Positions 50,674-60,870 of a stretch of 64,000 nt of DNA are shown in pieces. The stretch is from NCBI GenBank assembly GCA_963826715.1, contig CAWGYA010000001.1, forward strand, positions 1-64,000, given 5' to 3'. The DNA comes from Candidatus Bathyarchaeota archaeon. GTDB lineage: Archaea; Thermoproteota; Bathyarchaeia; Bathyarchaeales; Bathycorpusculaceae. The stretch's first letter is position 1; each line of letters begins with the position of its first letter. Under the pieces are notes generated by a model, which saw nothing but the letters and a program-made list of their open reading frames with translations, made no database searches and had not been told where the DNA came from. A program made the position numbers and the translations under genes.

Positions 50674-51066
50674 TTGGTGATAAGAAACGATTTATCTAGC
50701 AAGAAACCGTTGAACATACTTGAAAAGATAGAAGAGAGCCTCGAGAAGTTAAATGACAAAATGGAAGTTATGATTGAGATTCAACGGAATAACAACACCT
50801 CAGAAGGTTCGAGACCTAAAGCGGCTTTACCTGATGTGTCTTTGGATGTTATGACTTTGCTATCAATGCCCGATCACCTTCGCAAAACCGCCATGACAAT
50901 TTGCAGAGCCGGTCGCGCCACAGCTGAAGAAGTTTCGGACCAAACTGAACGAGCAAGGGCTGTTGAGAGCGCCTATCTTAATCAGCTAGTCATTATGGGT
51001 TACCTAAAAAAGGAGCGTAAGGGAAGAAAAGCTTATTTCTACATAGAACGAGAGACAAAGAGTTGA
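50674..51066 (+). CDS. coiled-coil plus winged-helix DNA-binding protein
   Basis: LLSMPDHLRKT, ATAEEVS..T.RARAVES.YLNQL, RKGRKAYF. Confidence 0.8.
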   Translation: MVIRNDLSSKKPLNILEKIEESLEKLNDKMEVMIEIQRNNNTSEGSRPKAALPDVSLDVMTLLSMPDHLRKTAMTICRAGRATAEEVSDQTERARAVESAYLNQLVIMGYLKKERKGRKAYFYIERETKS

Positions 51067-51070
51067 GCTT

Positions 51071-51850
51071 ATGAGCAAAATAATCGCTGTTCACTCCTAT
51101 AAAGGCGGAACTGGAAAAACATCTCTATCGGTTAACTTGGCAGCTACGTTTGCCAAAAGCGGAAAAAAAGTTTGCCTATTTGACCTTGACTTTAGAGCTC
51201 CCAGCTTATTCGCGATCTTGAAAGCGCAAAATGGAGAATACTGGTTCAATGATTACTTGAATAACGCATGTGAAATTAAACAAGCCATGATAGATTTAAG
51301 TGACCGCATTTCAGGGAATGGAAAACTCTATGCTAGTCTCGCCAACCCCGCGACTGAGGCTATTCGTGATATATCGTCTAAAGACCGCAAATGGGAAATG
51401 CGTGCGCTGGGTAGATTACTTGCTCTTAGGGAAACTTTACTACGCGACGAAAAATTCGATTATTTGGTCTTTGACACCAGTCCGGGATTACAGTATTCCT
51501 CGATTAATGCTATAGTAGCGGCGGACTTTGTGGTAGTAGCAACAACCGGCGACCGTTCAGATGTAGATGGAACTAAACGCATGCTCGCAGAGCTCTATAA
51601 TCTCTTCGAAAAGAAAACTGGCTTAGTATTAAACAAAGTACTTGATCCTTCAGCTGCATCTCGAAAGGCTGAGATGCAGAACAAAATCAAAGCAGAATAT
51701 CAGGTTCCCATGCTGGGCATGGTACCGTGCTTTTGCGAAATTCTACGTGCAGAAGGCAACTTAATCTTCGTTGAAGATAAACCTGACCACCCTTTCACAA
51801 AGATTCTGAACGAGATGGCCGGAAAAATTGATAAGAACGAAGTAAACTAA
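51071..51850 (+). CDS. MinD/ParA family ATPase
   Basis: Deviant Walker A KGGTGKT, DLD..AP, DTSPG. Confidence 0.9.
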   Translation: MSKIIAVHSYKGGTGKTSLSVNLAATFAKSGKKVCLFDLDFRAPSLFAILKAQNGEYWFNDYLNNACEIKQAMIDLSDRISGNGKLYASLANPATEAIRDISSKDRKWEMRALGRLLALRETLLRDEKFDYLVFDTSPGLQYSSINAIVAADFVVVATTGDRSDVDGTKRMLAELYNLFEKKTGLVLNKVLDPSAASRKAEMQNKIKAEYQVPMLGMVPCFCEILRAEGNLIFVEDKPDHPFTKILNEMAGKIDKNEVN

Positions 51851-51926
51851 TTTTTTCTTTTCCTATTTTGCTTACAAAAAGGCTTAAACAATACTAATTT
51901 GTCATTTTGGAAGAAAGAGACGGTAT

Positions 51927-52541
51927 TTGATGAATAGATCAGCGATTATTTTAGCAGGCGGTTTATCAACACGATTTGATGGCATCGATAAAGGCATGTT
52001 TCTTTTAAATGGCAAGCCTCTGCTAACACATGTTATTGATGGCATCAATGGTCTTGTTGATGAAATAATCATAGTTACCAACTCATCTATGCGCGCTACG
52101 GTTTACTCGAAGATTGTTCCCGCGGATACTAAATTTGTCGTTGACATCGAAGAAGCCAAAGGACCTTTAATCGGAACTTTGACCGGTTTTGAAGTTGCCA
52201 AAGGCAAGTATTCATTGGTGTTACCCTTTGACAGTCCATTAATCTCACGAAATGTAATTTCATTGATGCTTGATTTATGCGAAGGCAAAGCGGCGGCGGT
52301 TCCACGTTACCCTAATAGGGAAATAGAACCTCTCCATGCAGTTTACGAAACCAAACAAGCGTTGGAAGCAGCGAGAGAAGCTATAGCGGAAGATAAATTT
52401 GACATGCATACCTTGGTTGATAAGCTTCATGGTGTACGTTATGTTTCAACTATGGTTATTGAACAATTAGACCCCGCCCTCAAAACCTTTGTTAATATTA
52501 ATACTCCAAATGATCTGAAAAAAGTGATGTCAGGTAAATAA
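51927..52541 (+). CDS. mobA: molybdenum cofactor guanylyltransferase
   Basis: LAGGLSTRF..DK, GPL.G, EPLHAVY, NINTP.DL. Confidence 0.9.
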   Translation: MMNRSAIILAGGLSTRFDGIDKGMFLLNGKPLLTHVIDGINGLVDEIIIVTNSSMRATVYSKIVPADTKFVVDIEEAKGPLIGTLTGFEVAKGKYSLVLPFDSPLISRNVISLMLDLCEGKAAAVPRYPNREIEPLHAVYETKQALEAAREAIAEDKFDMHTLVDKLHGVRYVSTMVIEQLDPALKTFVNINTPNDLKKVMSGK

Positions 52542-52793
52542 AATCAAATCCAAAAAAAGTCAGTTAAAATGGAAAATGATTTAATGAGATTCCTGCTCTG
52601 TCTCATCCATGGCACTTGATTTTTAATTGTGGGTTAGGTTTCTATGTTCCAAATAATGTTAAAAAAACTAAGTTTTTACATCTATATTTTCGCGGTCCCA
52701 TATGGATTTTTAATATATCCAGGAGAACTGCACATAAAAAATATTGAAAGTTAACAATAAAATCACTATCTCTCCTTTTTAAAAAATAACTCG

Positions 52794-53783
52794 TTATATT
52801 GGGGGCTTAGCGATTTCTGAGCAATTCAGGTTTTTCGTCCATTGATTAAATTCTTCTGAAACGGGGTGGTCTTGGAATAACTTTTTACGATTAGATTCTA
52901 ATAAGAGATCTTCTTTACCAGCAAACTCAGCTGCAGTTACTATTTTGTGACCTGAAAATTGTGCTTTCTGGAAGATCTTATCCATTTTGCTGCGCCAAAA
53001 TTTGTCTCGGAGTGTGTGATGCTCCAAAACCACCAAGGGAACTACCGAAACAATCTTCTCTAGATTTATCAGACCCAAATCAAGCTGGGACTGCTCAACC
53101 CTAAACCCTGCAAGGTATAGAGGTGGACCTCCAAGCATAATCATAGTGGGTTTAGCACTTATAATGAAGTTTGTCGTGTTCATCGACATCGGGCCTTGCA
53201 CGTCTGGTGCATGCATAAAACGCTCTCCACAACAGTCTATAGTTGTCATGATTACCCAACCTAGAATCCCTCCCTCGACGCCATGTGCCATTGCCCCCGA
53301 AAACCGGATTGCTGTATTGCCAAATTGAAAAGTTTTGTCGTCCGCTTCAACCAATGAATTAGCGTGCTTGCCTCCAGTCTTCATGAACATCAATGCCCGT
53401 TGGCGCTGACTGGCATTAATGTTCTCTTTGGGGTTTTTGATAAATACCTTTTTCCCTTGATAAATTTGCCTAGCGGTTTCGGATCCATCTGTCCAGTTAA
53501 CAATCCAATCTGTATAGCTTGGAGTGTGGTGGTCGAAGTGGTAATGACTAATCGTGGTGATTGTTGCTTTGTTGGCGGCTTCTGCAATAACTTGTCGGAG
53601 ATGAGCAATCCTTTGGAATTCAATAGGGTGGGGCGGCAAGCCAAAACGGTAAGGACAAAGCGATACACCTGCATCGAGCAGTATCACCAGATCAGGTGTC
53701 TCTACGAGCGTACACATAGAACGTACACCGAAGCTCTCGGCTGCCAGAGGAGTGACCTTAATTTTTTTAAGGGAAAATTCCAT
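52794..53783 (-). CDS. metallo-beta-lactamase fold hydrolase (UPF0282-like)
   Basis: AAESFGVRSM, SHYHFDHH, DVQGP, EHH.LRD. Confidence 0.88.
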   Translation of the reverse strand: MEFSLKKIKVTPLAAESFGVRSMCTLVETPDLVILLDAGVSLCPYRFGLPPHPIEFQRIAHLRQVIAEAANKATITTISHYHFDHHTPSYTDWIVNWTDGSETARQIYQGKKVFIKNPKENINASQRQRALMFMKTGGKHANSLVEADDKTFQFGNTAIRFSGAMAHGVEGGILGWVIMTTIDCCGERFMHAPDVQGPMSMNTTNFIISAKPTMIMLGGPPLYLAGFRVEQSQLDLGLINLEKIVSVVPLVVLEHHTLRDKFWRSKMDKIFQKAQFSGHKIVTAAEFAGKEDLLLESNRKKLFQDHPVSEEFNQWTKNLNCSEIAKPPI

Positions 53784-53898
53784 GTCAATTTAACCTACAT
53801 ACTCGTTAACTGGTTGGAGAGTAAAAACTTTCCCACTATTTCCCCGCCGCAAAGCATTAAAGCTTCAGAGCCTAGAGACAAATTATAAGGCTGATTTT

Positions 53899-54465
53899 AT
53901 GAGTCAACAACCGAGAGAAAACAAAAATCTTGAGGTCGCAACATTGGCTGCAGGGTGTTTTTGGTGCACTGAAGCCGCGTTTAGCATAATTAAAGGAGTG
54001 GAACACATTGAGCCAGGCTATACTGGAGGCATGATGCATAGCCCTACCTACGAGCAAGTGTCTACAGGAGAGACAGGACATGCTGAAGCAGCGCAGATTT
54101 ATTTTGACCCCAAAATTATTAGCTACAAAGAAATTCTCGAAATCTTCTTCACAATACATGACCCAACTTCGTGCAACCGTCAAGGTGCGGACGTGGGAAC
54201 TCAGTACCGCAGTGCCATATTTTATCATAATCAAGAGCAAGAGAAAACTGCGAAGACCCTAATCGAGGAGCTTAATGCTGAGGGCATTTGGAGCCACCCC
54301 ATCGTCACGGAAGTAGTTGAAATCCAACACTTCTACCCAGCCGAAACCTACCACAAAGACTATTATAAAAAGCATCCCAAAGAACCCTATTGCCAAGCTG
54401 TGATTACCCCAAAGATTGCTAAACTACAGGCGCGTTTCATCGATAAAATCAAGGTTCCCCTATGA
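53899..54465 (+). CDS. msrA: peptide methionine sulfoxide reductase A
   Basis: GCFWC, GYTGG, TGHAE, QYRSAIF, AETYH.DY. Confidence 0.96.
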   Translation: MSQQPRENKNLEVATLAAGCFWCTEAAFSIIKGVEHIEPGYTGGMMHSPTYEQVSTGETGHAEAAQIYFDPKIISYKEILEIFFTIHDPTSCNRQGADVGTQYRSAIFYHNQEQEKTAKTLIEELNAEGIWSHPIVTEVVEIQHFYPAETYHKDYYKKHPKEPYCQAVITPKIAKLQARFIDKIKVPL

Positions 54466-55031
54466 TCCCAGAACCAACTAAGAACAACGTAGACGCTGTT
54501 TTGCAAGAGATAGAAAAAACGGCGCAAGAAAGGGTTTTACCCATAATTGGACCCCAAAAAGGCAAACTTTTGGCGGAAGCAGTGTGCAAAACAAACCCCT
54601 TTCATGTTCTGGAGGTAGGCACATTAATTGGGTATTCGGCAATTTTGATGGGAAAAGAAATGCAGCCAGGTTCAGAAATTGTTACAATAGAAATTCATCC
54701 AGATGAAGCAGAATTAGCTAGGCAAAACATTCAAAAGGCCCATGTACCGCCCAAAATCAAGGTAATTGTTGGCAACGCCTTAAATGTCATCCCAACTCTA
54801 CGGGGACCATTCGATTTGGTTTTGATTGATGCCGAAAAAACAGGGTACCTCCAATATCTAAAACTCGCTGAACCAAAACTCCATAAGGGTACAGTGGTGT
54901 TCGCTGACAATGCGGGAATCTTCGCCGACCAGATGGCAGATTACATTTCCTATGTGAGAAACAGCGAAAAATACCAAAGCCGCTACATCCAAGTAGAAGA
55001 AGATGGGGTAGAAATAAGTGTAAAGCTTTAG
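54462..55031 (+). CDS. O-methyltransferase
   Basis: LEVGTLIGYSA, LIDAEK, ADN. Confidence 0.9.
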   Translation: MIPEPTKNNVDAVLQEIEKTAQERVLPIIGPQKGKLLAEAVCKTNPFHVLEVGTLIGYSAILMGKEMQPGSEIVTIEIHPDEAELARQNIQKAHVPPKIKVIVGNALNVIPTLRGPFDLVLIDAEKTGYLQYLKLAEPKLHKGTVVFADNAGIFADQMADYISYVRNSEKYQSRYIQVEEDGVEISVKL

Positions 55032-55046
55032 TTTTTTAATTTTAAA

Positions 55047-55595
55047 TTAGAATCTTCGAAATCTTTGACGCCCGTTACGTTTGGATTTAGGTTTTCTCAA
55101 TCGTTCACCACACCTGGGGCAGTATGCTTTTCCGTCAGATACCACGAGATTTTCACCAGCTGACCAAAAATGGTTGTTTGGACACTGAAGGTCAAAATCG
55201 AAGGGTTGAGTTTCGTAATCTTGGGGGTGGGTAATTATGTCATCTTTGAGAGAACTATTACTTTTTATGATTTCAGTTTTCGGGTAAACTATAGCCGGTG
55301 CAAAAGGTTTAGTTTCTATTGATTTGGGCTCGGTAGCAGCTTTTACCTTGGCGATGACTCTTCTTGAGGCAATGCCATTAGTTACCTTAATTGGCTCAGG
55401 AGGAACAATAACTTTGGATGAAATATTATTTTCGAATTGGATAAATGGCTTTGTGACTTCATTCTGAATTTTGAATGGTTTATGTGCTCGCGGATTTTTG
55501 ATTTTTATTAGCGGCGCAGTAGTAGAGGTTCCGCATTGAGGGCACTTTTCGCTGTATTCGACGAGTCTTCGTCCGCATTTTCTGCAAAACGGCAT
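55047..55595 (-). CDS. Zn-ribbon protein
   Basis: N-terminal CRKCG..CPQCG and C-terminal CPNNH..CPRCG. Confidence 0.8.
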   Translation of the reverse strand: MPFCRKCGRRLVEYSEKCPQCGTSTTAPLIKIKNPRAHKPFKIQNEVTKPFIQFENNISSKVIVPPEPIKVTNGIASRRVIAKVKAATEPKSIETKPFAPAIVYPKTEIIKSNSSLKDDIITHPQDYETQPFDFDLQCPNNHFWSAGENLVVSDGKAYCPRCGERLRKPKSKRNGRQRFRRF

Positions 55596-55719
55596 ATTGT
55601 CACTTTAACTTTTTAGATAAGTGTTGATTTGGCTACCTTTAAACTTTAACCAAGAGGTATAAGCAAAATTGTTTTAAAGTACCTGAATGTTTAAAGGTTG
55701 ACAACGCAGTTTTTTTCAG

Positions 55720-55844
55720 GGTGGGCGATGACGAGTCTGGCCCCGCAGACAACTGGATGATGTGGATCTTGAGTGCGAACGACGGTGACGATGATAACTT
55801 CAGGCTTGACTTGAAAGTTTAGCCGCCGCCTCTAAGAGCTCACC
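55720..55844 (+). ncRNA. putative multi-guide box C/D sRNA
   Basis: GC-rich intergenic island, TTTAAAG TATA about 25 nt upstream, terminal stem GGTGGGC/GCTCACC, three GATGA boxes. Confidence 0.65.
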
Positions 55845-55873
55845 TAATGTTGCTCATATAAAAGAAGGAAGTT

Positions 55874-56452
55874 TTATCTTTTTTCCGGCGGGGTTTCCCA
55901 AAGCTGCATTTTCTGTTTTTTGAGCTCAGTACGTTTCTTCTGCAAGTAATTATAAACAGTATGATGTTCGCATCCGTCAATAATCATTTGGACAGCATTG
56001 CGTGCAGCGTCAGCTTGTTCGAAACTACCTATAATTCCGATAGTGTGACCATAAACTACAACATCAGCCTCAGTGAGTTCTTCTATAAGTTTTCTGGTTT
56101 TACCTTCGGTGCCTATAATTCTACCTTTGATGCGTTTAATATCGGATTCGCTGCGTCCAAAAATTAAACGTAGGTCAATCATGTCATAGATGTCATCTTC
56201 ATTTCTGATAAGCCGAAAAGCGGTTTCGGGTGGGAACCCTCTGCCTATGCCTAAAACGACATCTTTAGCTCTAAGGAACAGCGAGGGGTCTTTTGAATTT
56301 TCTCTAAGCATAATGCCAACGCTGCCTTCCGTTTCGATTTCCATTTTAACGTCGAGTTTATCTTCAATGTACTGTTTGGTTTTGCCGTCTGGACCAATTA
56401 AAATACCAACGCGTTCTTTAGGAATCTTTACAAATGTATCAGGACCAACCAT
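55874..56452 (-). CDS. KH-domain rRNA processing protein (Dim2/Pno1-like)
   Basis: LIGPDGKTK, GRGF, GRIIGTEGKTR, H.TVY. Confidence 0.92.
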   Translation of the reverse strand: MVGPDTFVKIPKERVGILIGPDGKTKQYIEDKLDVKMEIETEGSVGIMLRENSKDPSLFLRAKDVVLGIGRGFPPETAFRLIRNEDDIYDMIDLRLIFGRSESDIKRIKGRIIGTEGKTRKLIEELTEADVVVYGHTIGIIGSFEQADAARNAVQMIIDGCEHHTVYNYLQKKRTELKKQKMQLWETPPEKR

Positions 56453-57237
56453 TACTTACCTACAACCATCTTATACAATACTTCAACTGGAAATACATCA
56501 ACATCTAACCGACTAAAGAACCTATTCACATTTGTTAAATCCCGGCGTAGCATAAAATCTGCGAGTGGATGCTGAATAGAAACCGATTGCGATACATCAA
56601 AAACGACTGGTTTTCCTTTCCACATCATGATATTATATTCACTGAGGTCGCCGTGTACAATTTTAGCTTTCTGGTGTAATCTCTTGAGGTATTTTACAAT
56701 TACTTTGTAAACTTTTTCAGGGTCATTGGGGGACTGCTCCTTGAGAGATGGTGCGCTTACACCCTTCTCTCCGATGAACTCCATAACTACGACGTTACTT
56801 TTGACGGCTATAGGTTTTGGCACCCTGACCTTTGCCATGTAAGCTTCTCCTAAATTGCGAAACTCTTTTTGGGCCCAAACAGCAATCAAAGAGCGAGTGT
56901 CATGTTTAACGTCTTTGAAGCGGGGATCGCCTTCAATGTATTTGTGCATCCCCCGCTTGAATTCAGCAGAAGAGGTCAAATAAATTTTTACGGCTAAATC
57001 AGTGCCGTCTTTGGTGGTGCCCCAATAAACTCGTGCCTCCTTACCTGAACTAACAACTCCATTTAACTCGTAAATCATGCCGCTGTTCATTAAATCAAAA
57101 ACCACCATGCGGGTAGCTTGGTCGAAAACCTCCTCTACAGTTGCACGTTGGTCGGATCTATTGTTAATTAGCATTTTGTCTCTGCGTTCCACGACCCTTT
57201 CGCGATGGGCTAGACGTTCTTGGACTTTACGGGACAT
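56452..57237 (-). CDS. rio1: RIO1 family kinase
   Basis: SSGKEARVY, AVKIY, WAQKEFRNL, VHGDLSEYNI. Confidence 0.95.
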   Translation of the reverse strand: MSRKVQERLAHRERVVERRDKMLINNRSDQRATVEEVFDQATRMVVFDLMNSGMIYELNGVVSSGKEARVYWGTTKDGTDLAVKIYLTSSAEFKRGMHKYIEGDPRFKDVKHDTRSLIAVWAQKEFRNLGEAYMAKVRVPKPIAVKSNVVVMEFIGEKGVSAPSLKEQSPNDPEKVYKVIVKYLKRLHQKAKIVHGDLSEYNIMMWKGKPVVFDVSQSVSIQHPLADFMLRRDLTNVNRFFSRLDVDVFPVEVLYKMVVGK

Positions 57238-57351
57238 AAATATTCAGGATGCTAATAGATACCGAGTATTTAAAAGCACTCAAAATAACAAGAAAAAAAA
57301 TAAAATTTACCTTTGAAAAAGCTTTTAAAACGCTAATATTGAAAAGGAAGA

Positions 57352-57657
57352 TTAAATGGTTAAAAGTCCTTTTCGCCTCAAGTTTTCTGCCTGTGCATGA
57401 GTATATCGCCAAACCACATCGCCTCTTGTGGCGGTCTGGAAATCCCAGGGAGAAACAATTACGATGTCCCCTTCACGTATCCAAACGCGCCTCTTCATTT
57501 TTCCGCGGATGCGGCAGAGTCGTTCAGCGCCGTCTTGGCATTTTACCATTATCCGATCAAAGCCCAAGAGCTTGGTAACTACGCCCAAAATTTCTCCTTG
57601 CCCAGGGTAGGTCATCTCGCTGATTGAGCCTTCGTTTAATACTTTTTTCTTTCCCAA
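57352..57657 (-). CDS. eif1a: translation initiation factor aIF-1A
   Basis: RLCRIRGKMKRRVWIREGD, SPWDFQ, WRYT. Confidence 0.96.
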   Translation of the reverse strand: MGKKKVLNEGSISEMTYPGQGEILGVVTKLLGFDRIMVKCQDGAERLCRIRGKMKRRVWIREGDIVIVSPWDFQTATRGDVVWRYTHAQAENLRRKGLLTI

Positions 57658-57867
57658 ACAGATGCCTCGGTTATCAGATTTGAAAATAATGTTTTTTCTT
57701 GCTTAAAAGCCTGTTCATTGCTAGTTTCACGTTCAACAGGATAAAAGCATTTTTAATAACCAACTTATTTTCATTCTGAAACAAACCTTAAGCGAAAGAG
57801 TCGTTGCAGCGTTCCACCCAAAGAAATCTTGATTAAATTGTAATAAATTTCCTTAATTCGAGCAAAC

Positions 57868-58542
57868 TCAACTAATAACAGTACCAACATTTTCCCCAGC
57901 AATTGCAGAAAGCATGTTCTGTGGATCATAGCCGCTCACAATTACCGTTTTGATATGACTCCGCAATAGCATCTTTACAGCTTCAGGGTCAATGATTTGG
58001 TGGATTCCCGCCTTATGCTCATTATACTCAAAAATCTTAGCTAACTCCTGAAAAGTTAAATGATCTAGCTTTGCAGCATTTGGGTATTTACGTGGATCTT
58101 TATTGTACACTCCATTTTGGTCGGTGCCCTTCAAGAGCATATCTGCACCAACACGTTCAGCCACTAATGTCGCAACTGTGTCTGTTGTGATTCCAGGTCG
58201 AAGACCACCCATAACCACGATTTTCTCTTTACTCAAACATTCTGTGGCTTCATCAAGTGACACCACAACTTTACTACATGCTGCTTCACCTAGTTTTTTG
58301 ACGAATAACTGCGCAAACAACCGTGAACATGAAATCGCAACTTCATCCTGCGAAATCATATCCAACCCTAATTTCTGTGCAATATCAATAAACTCTCGAG
58401 CCAATGCGCCACCACCTAAAACCACGGCTACTTGATGCCCCTGCTGCTTGATTGCCGCTATTGTTTGGGCATATTGACTCATTAAAACTGTGTTGATAGG
58501 GTTAGCTACAACTGATCCCCCTATTCGAATCACGATGCGCAT
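57868..58542 (-). CDS. pyrH: UMP kinase
   Basis: IGGSV, GGGALAREFI, MGGLRPGITTD, GVYNKDP. Confidence 0.92.
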   Translation of the reverse strand: MRIVIRIGGSVVANPINTVLMSQYAQTIAAIKQQGHQVAVVLGGGALAREFIDIAQKLGLDMISQDEVAISCSRLFAQLFVKKLGEAACSKVVVSLDEATECLSKEKIVVMGGLRPGITTDTVATLVAERVGADMLLKGTDQNGVYNKDPRKYPNAAKLDHLTFQELAKIFEYNEHKAGIHQIIDPEAVKMLLRSHIKTVIVSGYDPQNMLSAIAGENVGTVIS

Positions 58543-58868
58543 GTCTTGATCTCCATTGTCTTGTATCTATTACTTGGGGGTTAAAAATCTTTAATATCAA
58601 ATCACTTGCACACAGATGCAATAATCGCTTAACTTAATGAAAGCAACAACATTGACGGTTGGACTTTATAACTAACCATGCTCCCGGGTATGCATACTTA
58701 ACTCGTTACCCATTGATAATTCTGAATTCAGCGGGTAATTTCCGTTTATTACTTTGGCGAAAAATCCATCAAACGAAGGATCACGCACTTTAGCTAAGAC
58801 CCTGAGAAGAATGGAGGGAATTAGCAGCATTTTACCACATCATCTCTGAAATCAAATGCATTGGCAGC

Positions 58869-59720
58869 TTAGCTTGTCAAACGCTTCTTCATCAAATTAA
58901 TACTTAAAATAAAGAAAAACAACGTCACTACAACTAGCCAAACGAAACTAAAAAGAATCAACAATTCAGGACTCAATCCTAATATAGGTTCCACACTCAT
59001 CGAAACCAAGCCCCGAGTAACGTTAACTATGTGGGTTAATGGAAGTACACCCATAGCTAATGCTTGTGCACCCGTAGGAAGTGAAGTAAGAGGGAAAAAG
59101 GTACCGCTTAAAAAAAACATTGGGGTCAAAAATAGAAAAGATGGGTAATTGAAAAAATCGATGTTGGGTGCTGCTGCTGTGAAACACATAGCAATTGAAC
59201 TAAACATTAAACCACCAAAAAAAGCAATAAGCGGAACCAACAGAAATAGCGGTGAGGTAATAAGTGGATTAGCCGTAAAGCTTCCCGCGACTGCAATAAC
59301 GACCAATACGATGGAAGCGTTAATAGTGGCTCTTGTTGCCCCCCAAAGAAGTTCGCCCCCAACGACTTCTTCTACGCTCACCGGGGTGGCTATAATAGCA
59401 TCGAAAGTTTTCTGAAAGTACATGCGCACAAACGACCCAAAAGTACATTCAAAAAAAGAGCCATTCATGATGGCAATCGCAATCAAGGCCGGAGCGATAA
59501 AGTTGACGTAAGGTTGTCCGTTTATGTTGGGGATGAATCCGCCGAGTCCAAAACCAAACGCAACCAAATAGAGAATGGGCTCAAGCAGAGAGGGCAGAAA
59601 GTTAACTTTTATCGTTTTTAGAAAAACGTCAAGGTTCCTTCGCCAAACTTTCCATACTCGGTAGCTCAAATGTGGCATTGCGAATTTTGCGGGAGATTCA
59701 CGGATACTGGTTTGGCTCAC
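58869..59720 (-). CDS. ABC-2 permease (NodJ-like)
   Basis: LEPILYL, PMFFLSGTFFP. Confidence 0.9.
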   Translation of the reverse strand: MSQTSIRESPAKFAMPHLSYRVWKVWRRNLDVFLKTIKVNFLPSLLEPILYLVAFGFGLGGFIPNINGQPYVNFIAPALIAIAIMNGSFFECTFGSFVRMYFQKTFDAIIATPVSVEEVVGGELLWGATRATINASIVLVVIAVAGSFTANPLITSPLFLLVPLIAFFGGLMFSSIAMCFTAAAPNIDFFNYPSFLFLTPMFFLSGTFFPLTSLPTGAQALAMGVLPLTHIVNVTRGLVSMSVEPILGLSPELLILFSFVWLVVVTLFFFILSINLMKKRLTS

Positions 59721-60652
59721 TCTTCCCTCAGCCCGCGTCCTGTTAATTTAAGAAATACATCTTCTAGGTTGGCGCTACGAATCGATACATTCTGTAGCTG
59801 ATGATCTGCAATGAATGCTTCGAAGACTCCATGAGGCTTGTCTGTAAAGATTTGCATGCGATCACCGAAATGTTCGATGCGTACATCGGAGAGAGTTTCC
59901 TTGAGAAGCGGTACAAGCGATTCGTCGTAGTCTATCTCTAAAACTTCCTGCCCGACGTGCTTGCGGATAAGCTCAGTTGGGGTACCTTCCTCAATGATTT
60001 TGCCACGGTCGACAATTAAGATACGATCACAAAGGATTTGAGCTTCATCCATGTAATGGGTTGTTAAAATTATTGTGACTTGCTGTTTTTTTAAATGCCT
60101 CACTTCATCCCAAACCAGATGCCGTGCCTGCGGGTCCAACCCAGTGGTAGGTTCATCGAGTAGTAGAATCTGCGGTTTATTGATCAGCGCACGAGCAAAA
60201 ATCAGTCTACGTTTCATCCCCGTGGAAAGAGCCATAATGGAAACTTCCCTTTTTTCATCAAGCTGGAAAAACTTGAGTAGCTCATCTGCTCGCTTCTCAG
60301 CTTCCTCTTTTTGTATGTCAAAGTATCTAGCATATACAGTGAGGTTTTTTATGACTGAGAAATCTGGATCTAAATTATCCTCTTGTGGTGCGACACCGAC
60401 CAATTCTTTAATTTCTCGGCAATTACTGTGCACACTTTTACCTGCAAGCTTGAGGTCACCAGATGTTGGCAGCAAAAAACAATACATCATGCGTACAGTG
60501 GTGGTCTTGCCTGCACCATTTGGACCAAGAAAACCAACACATTCACCTCGATAAACTTGGAAGTCAATGTGATTGACAGCTGTAAAATCGTCGAATTCCT
60601 TAGTTAATGCTCTAGCTTCAATAAGCACCTCTCTACTTGCCATAAAGGTCAC
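59717..60652 (-). CDS. ABC ATPase (NodI-like)
   Basis: GPNGAGKTT, LSTGMKRR, LDEPTTGLDPQAR. Confidence 0.94.
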   Translation of the reverse strand: MTFMASREVLIEARALTKEFDDFTAVNHIDFQVYRGECVGFLGPNGAGKTTTVRMMYCFLLPTSGDLKLAGKSVHSNCREIKELVGVAPQEDNLDPDFSVIKNLTVYARYFDIQKEEAEKRADELLKFFQLDEKREVSIMALSTGMKRRLIFARALINKPQILLLDEPTTGLDPQARHLVWDEVRHLKKQQVTIILTTHYMDEAQILCDRILIVDRGKIIEEGTPTELIRKHVGQEVLEIDYDESLVPLLKETLSDVRIEHFGDRMQIFTDKPHGVFEAFIADHQLQNVSIRSANLEDVFLKLTGRGLREE

Positions 60653-60870
60653 ATATCAAATTCAATTGGTGAACTTAAAATTATCTAATCAATGTATGAC
60701 CAAAGGTTTCGCATTAACTTTTAACTTACAATGCGCCCATGTAAGTCCTCGAATAAAATCAGTGAATTCAAGCATAATTTTATGCATTTATTTGGCGGGA
60801 CATTAACCGAACATTTAATTAAAAAGTTTAAAGGCTTTTTTGTTCTTTGTTTTATCTGGCGATTAATATC

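Noticed and set aside
58670-58835. 52-codon minus-strand ORF or possible RNA between pyrH and the ABC permease
   Set aside because: No motif or convincing structure
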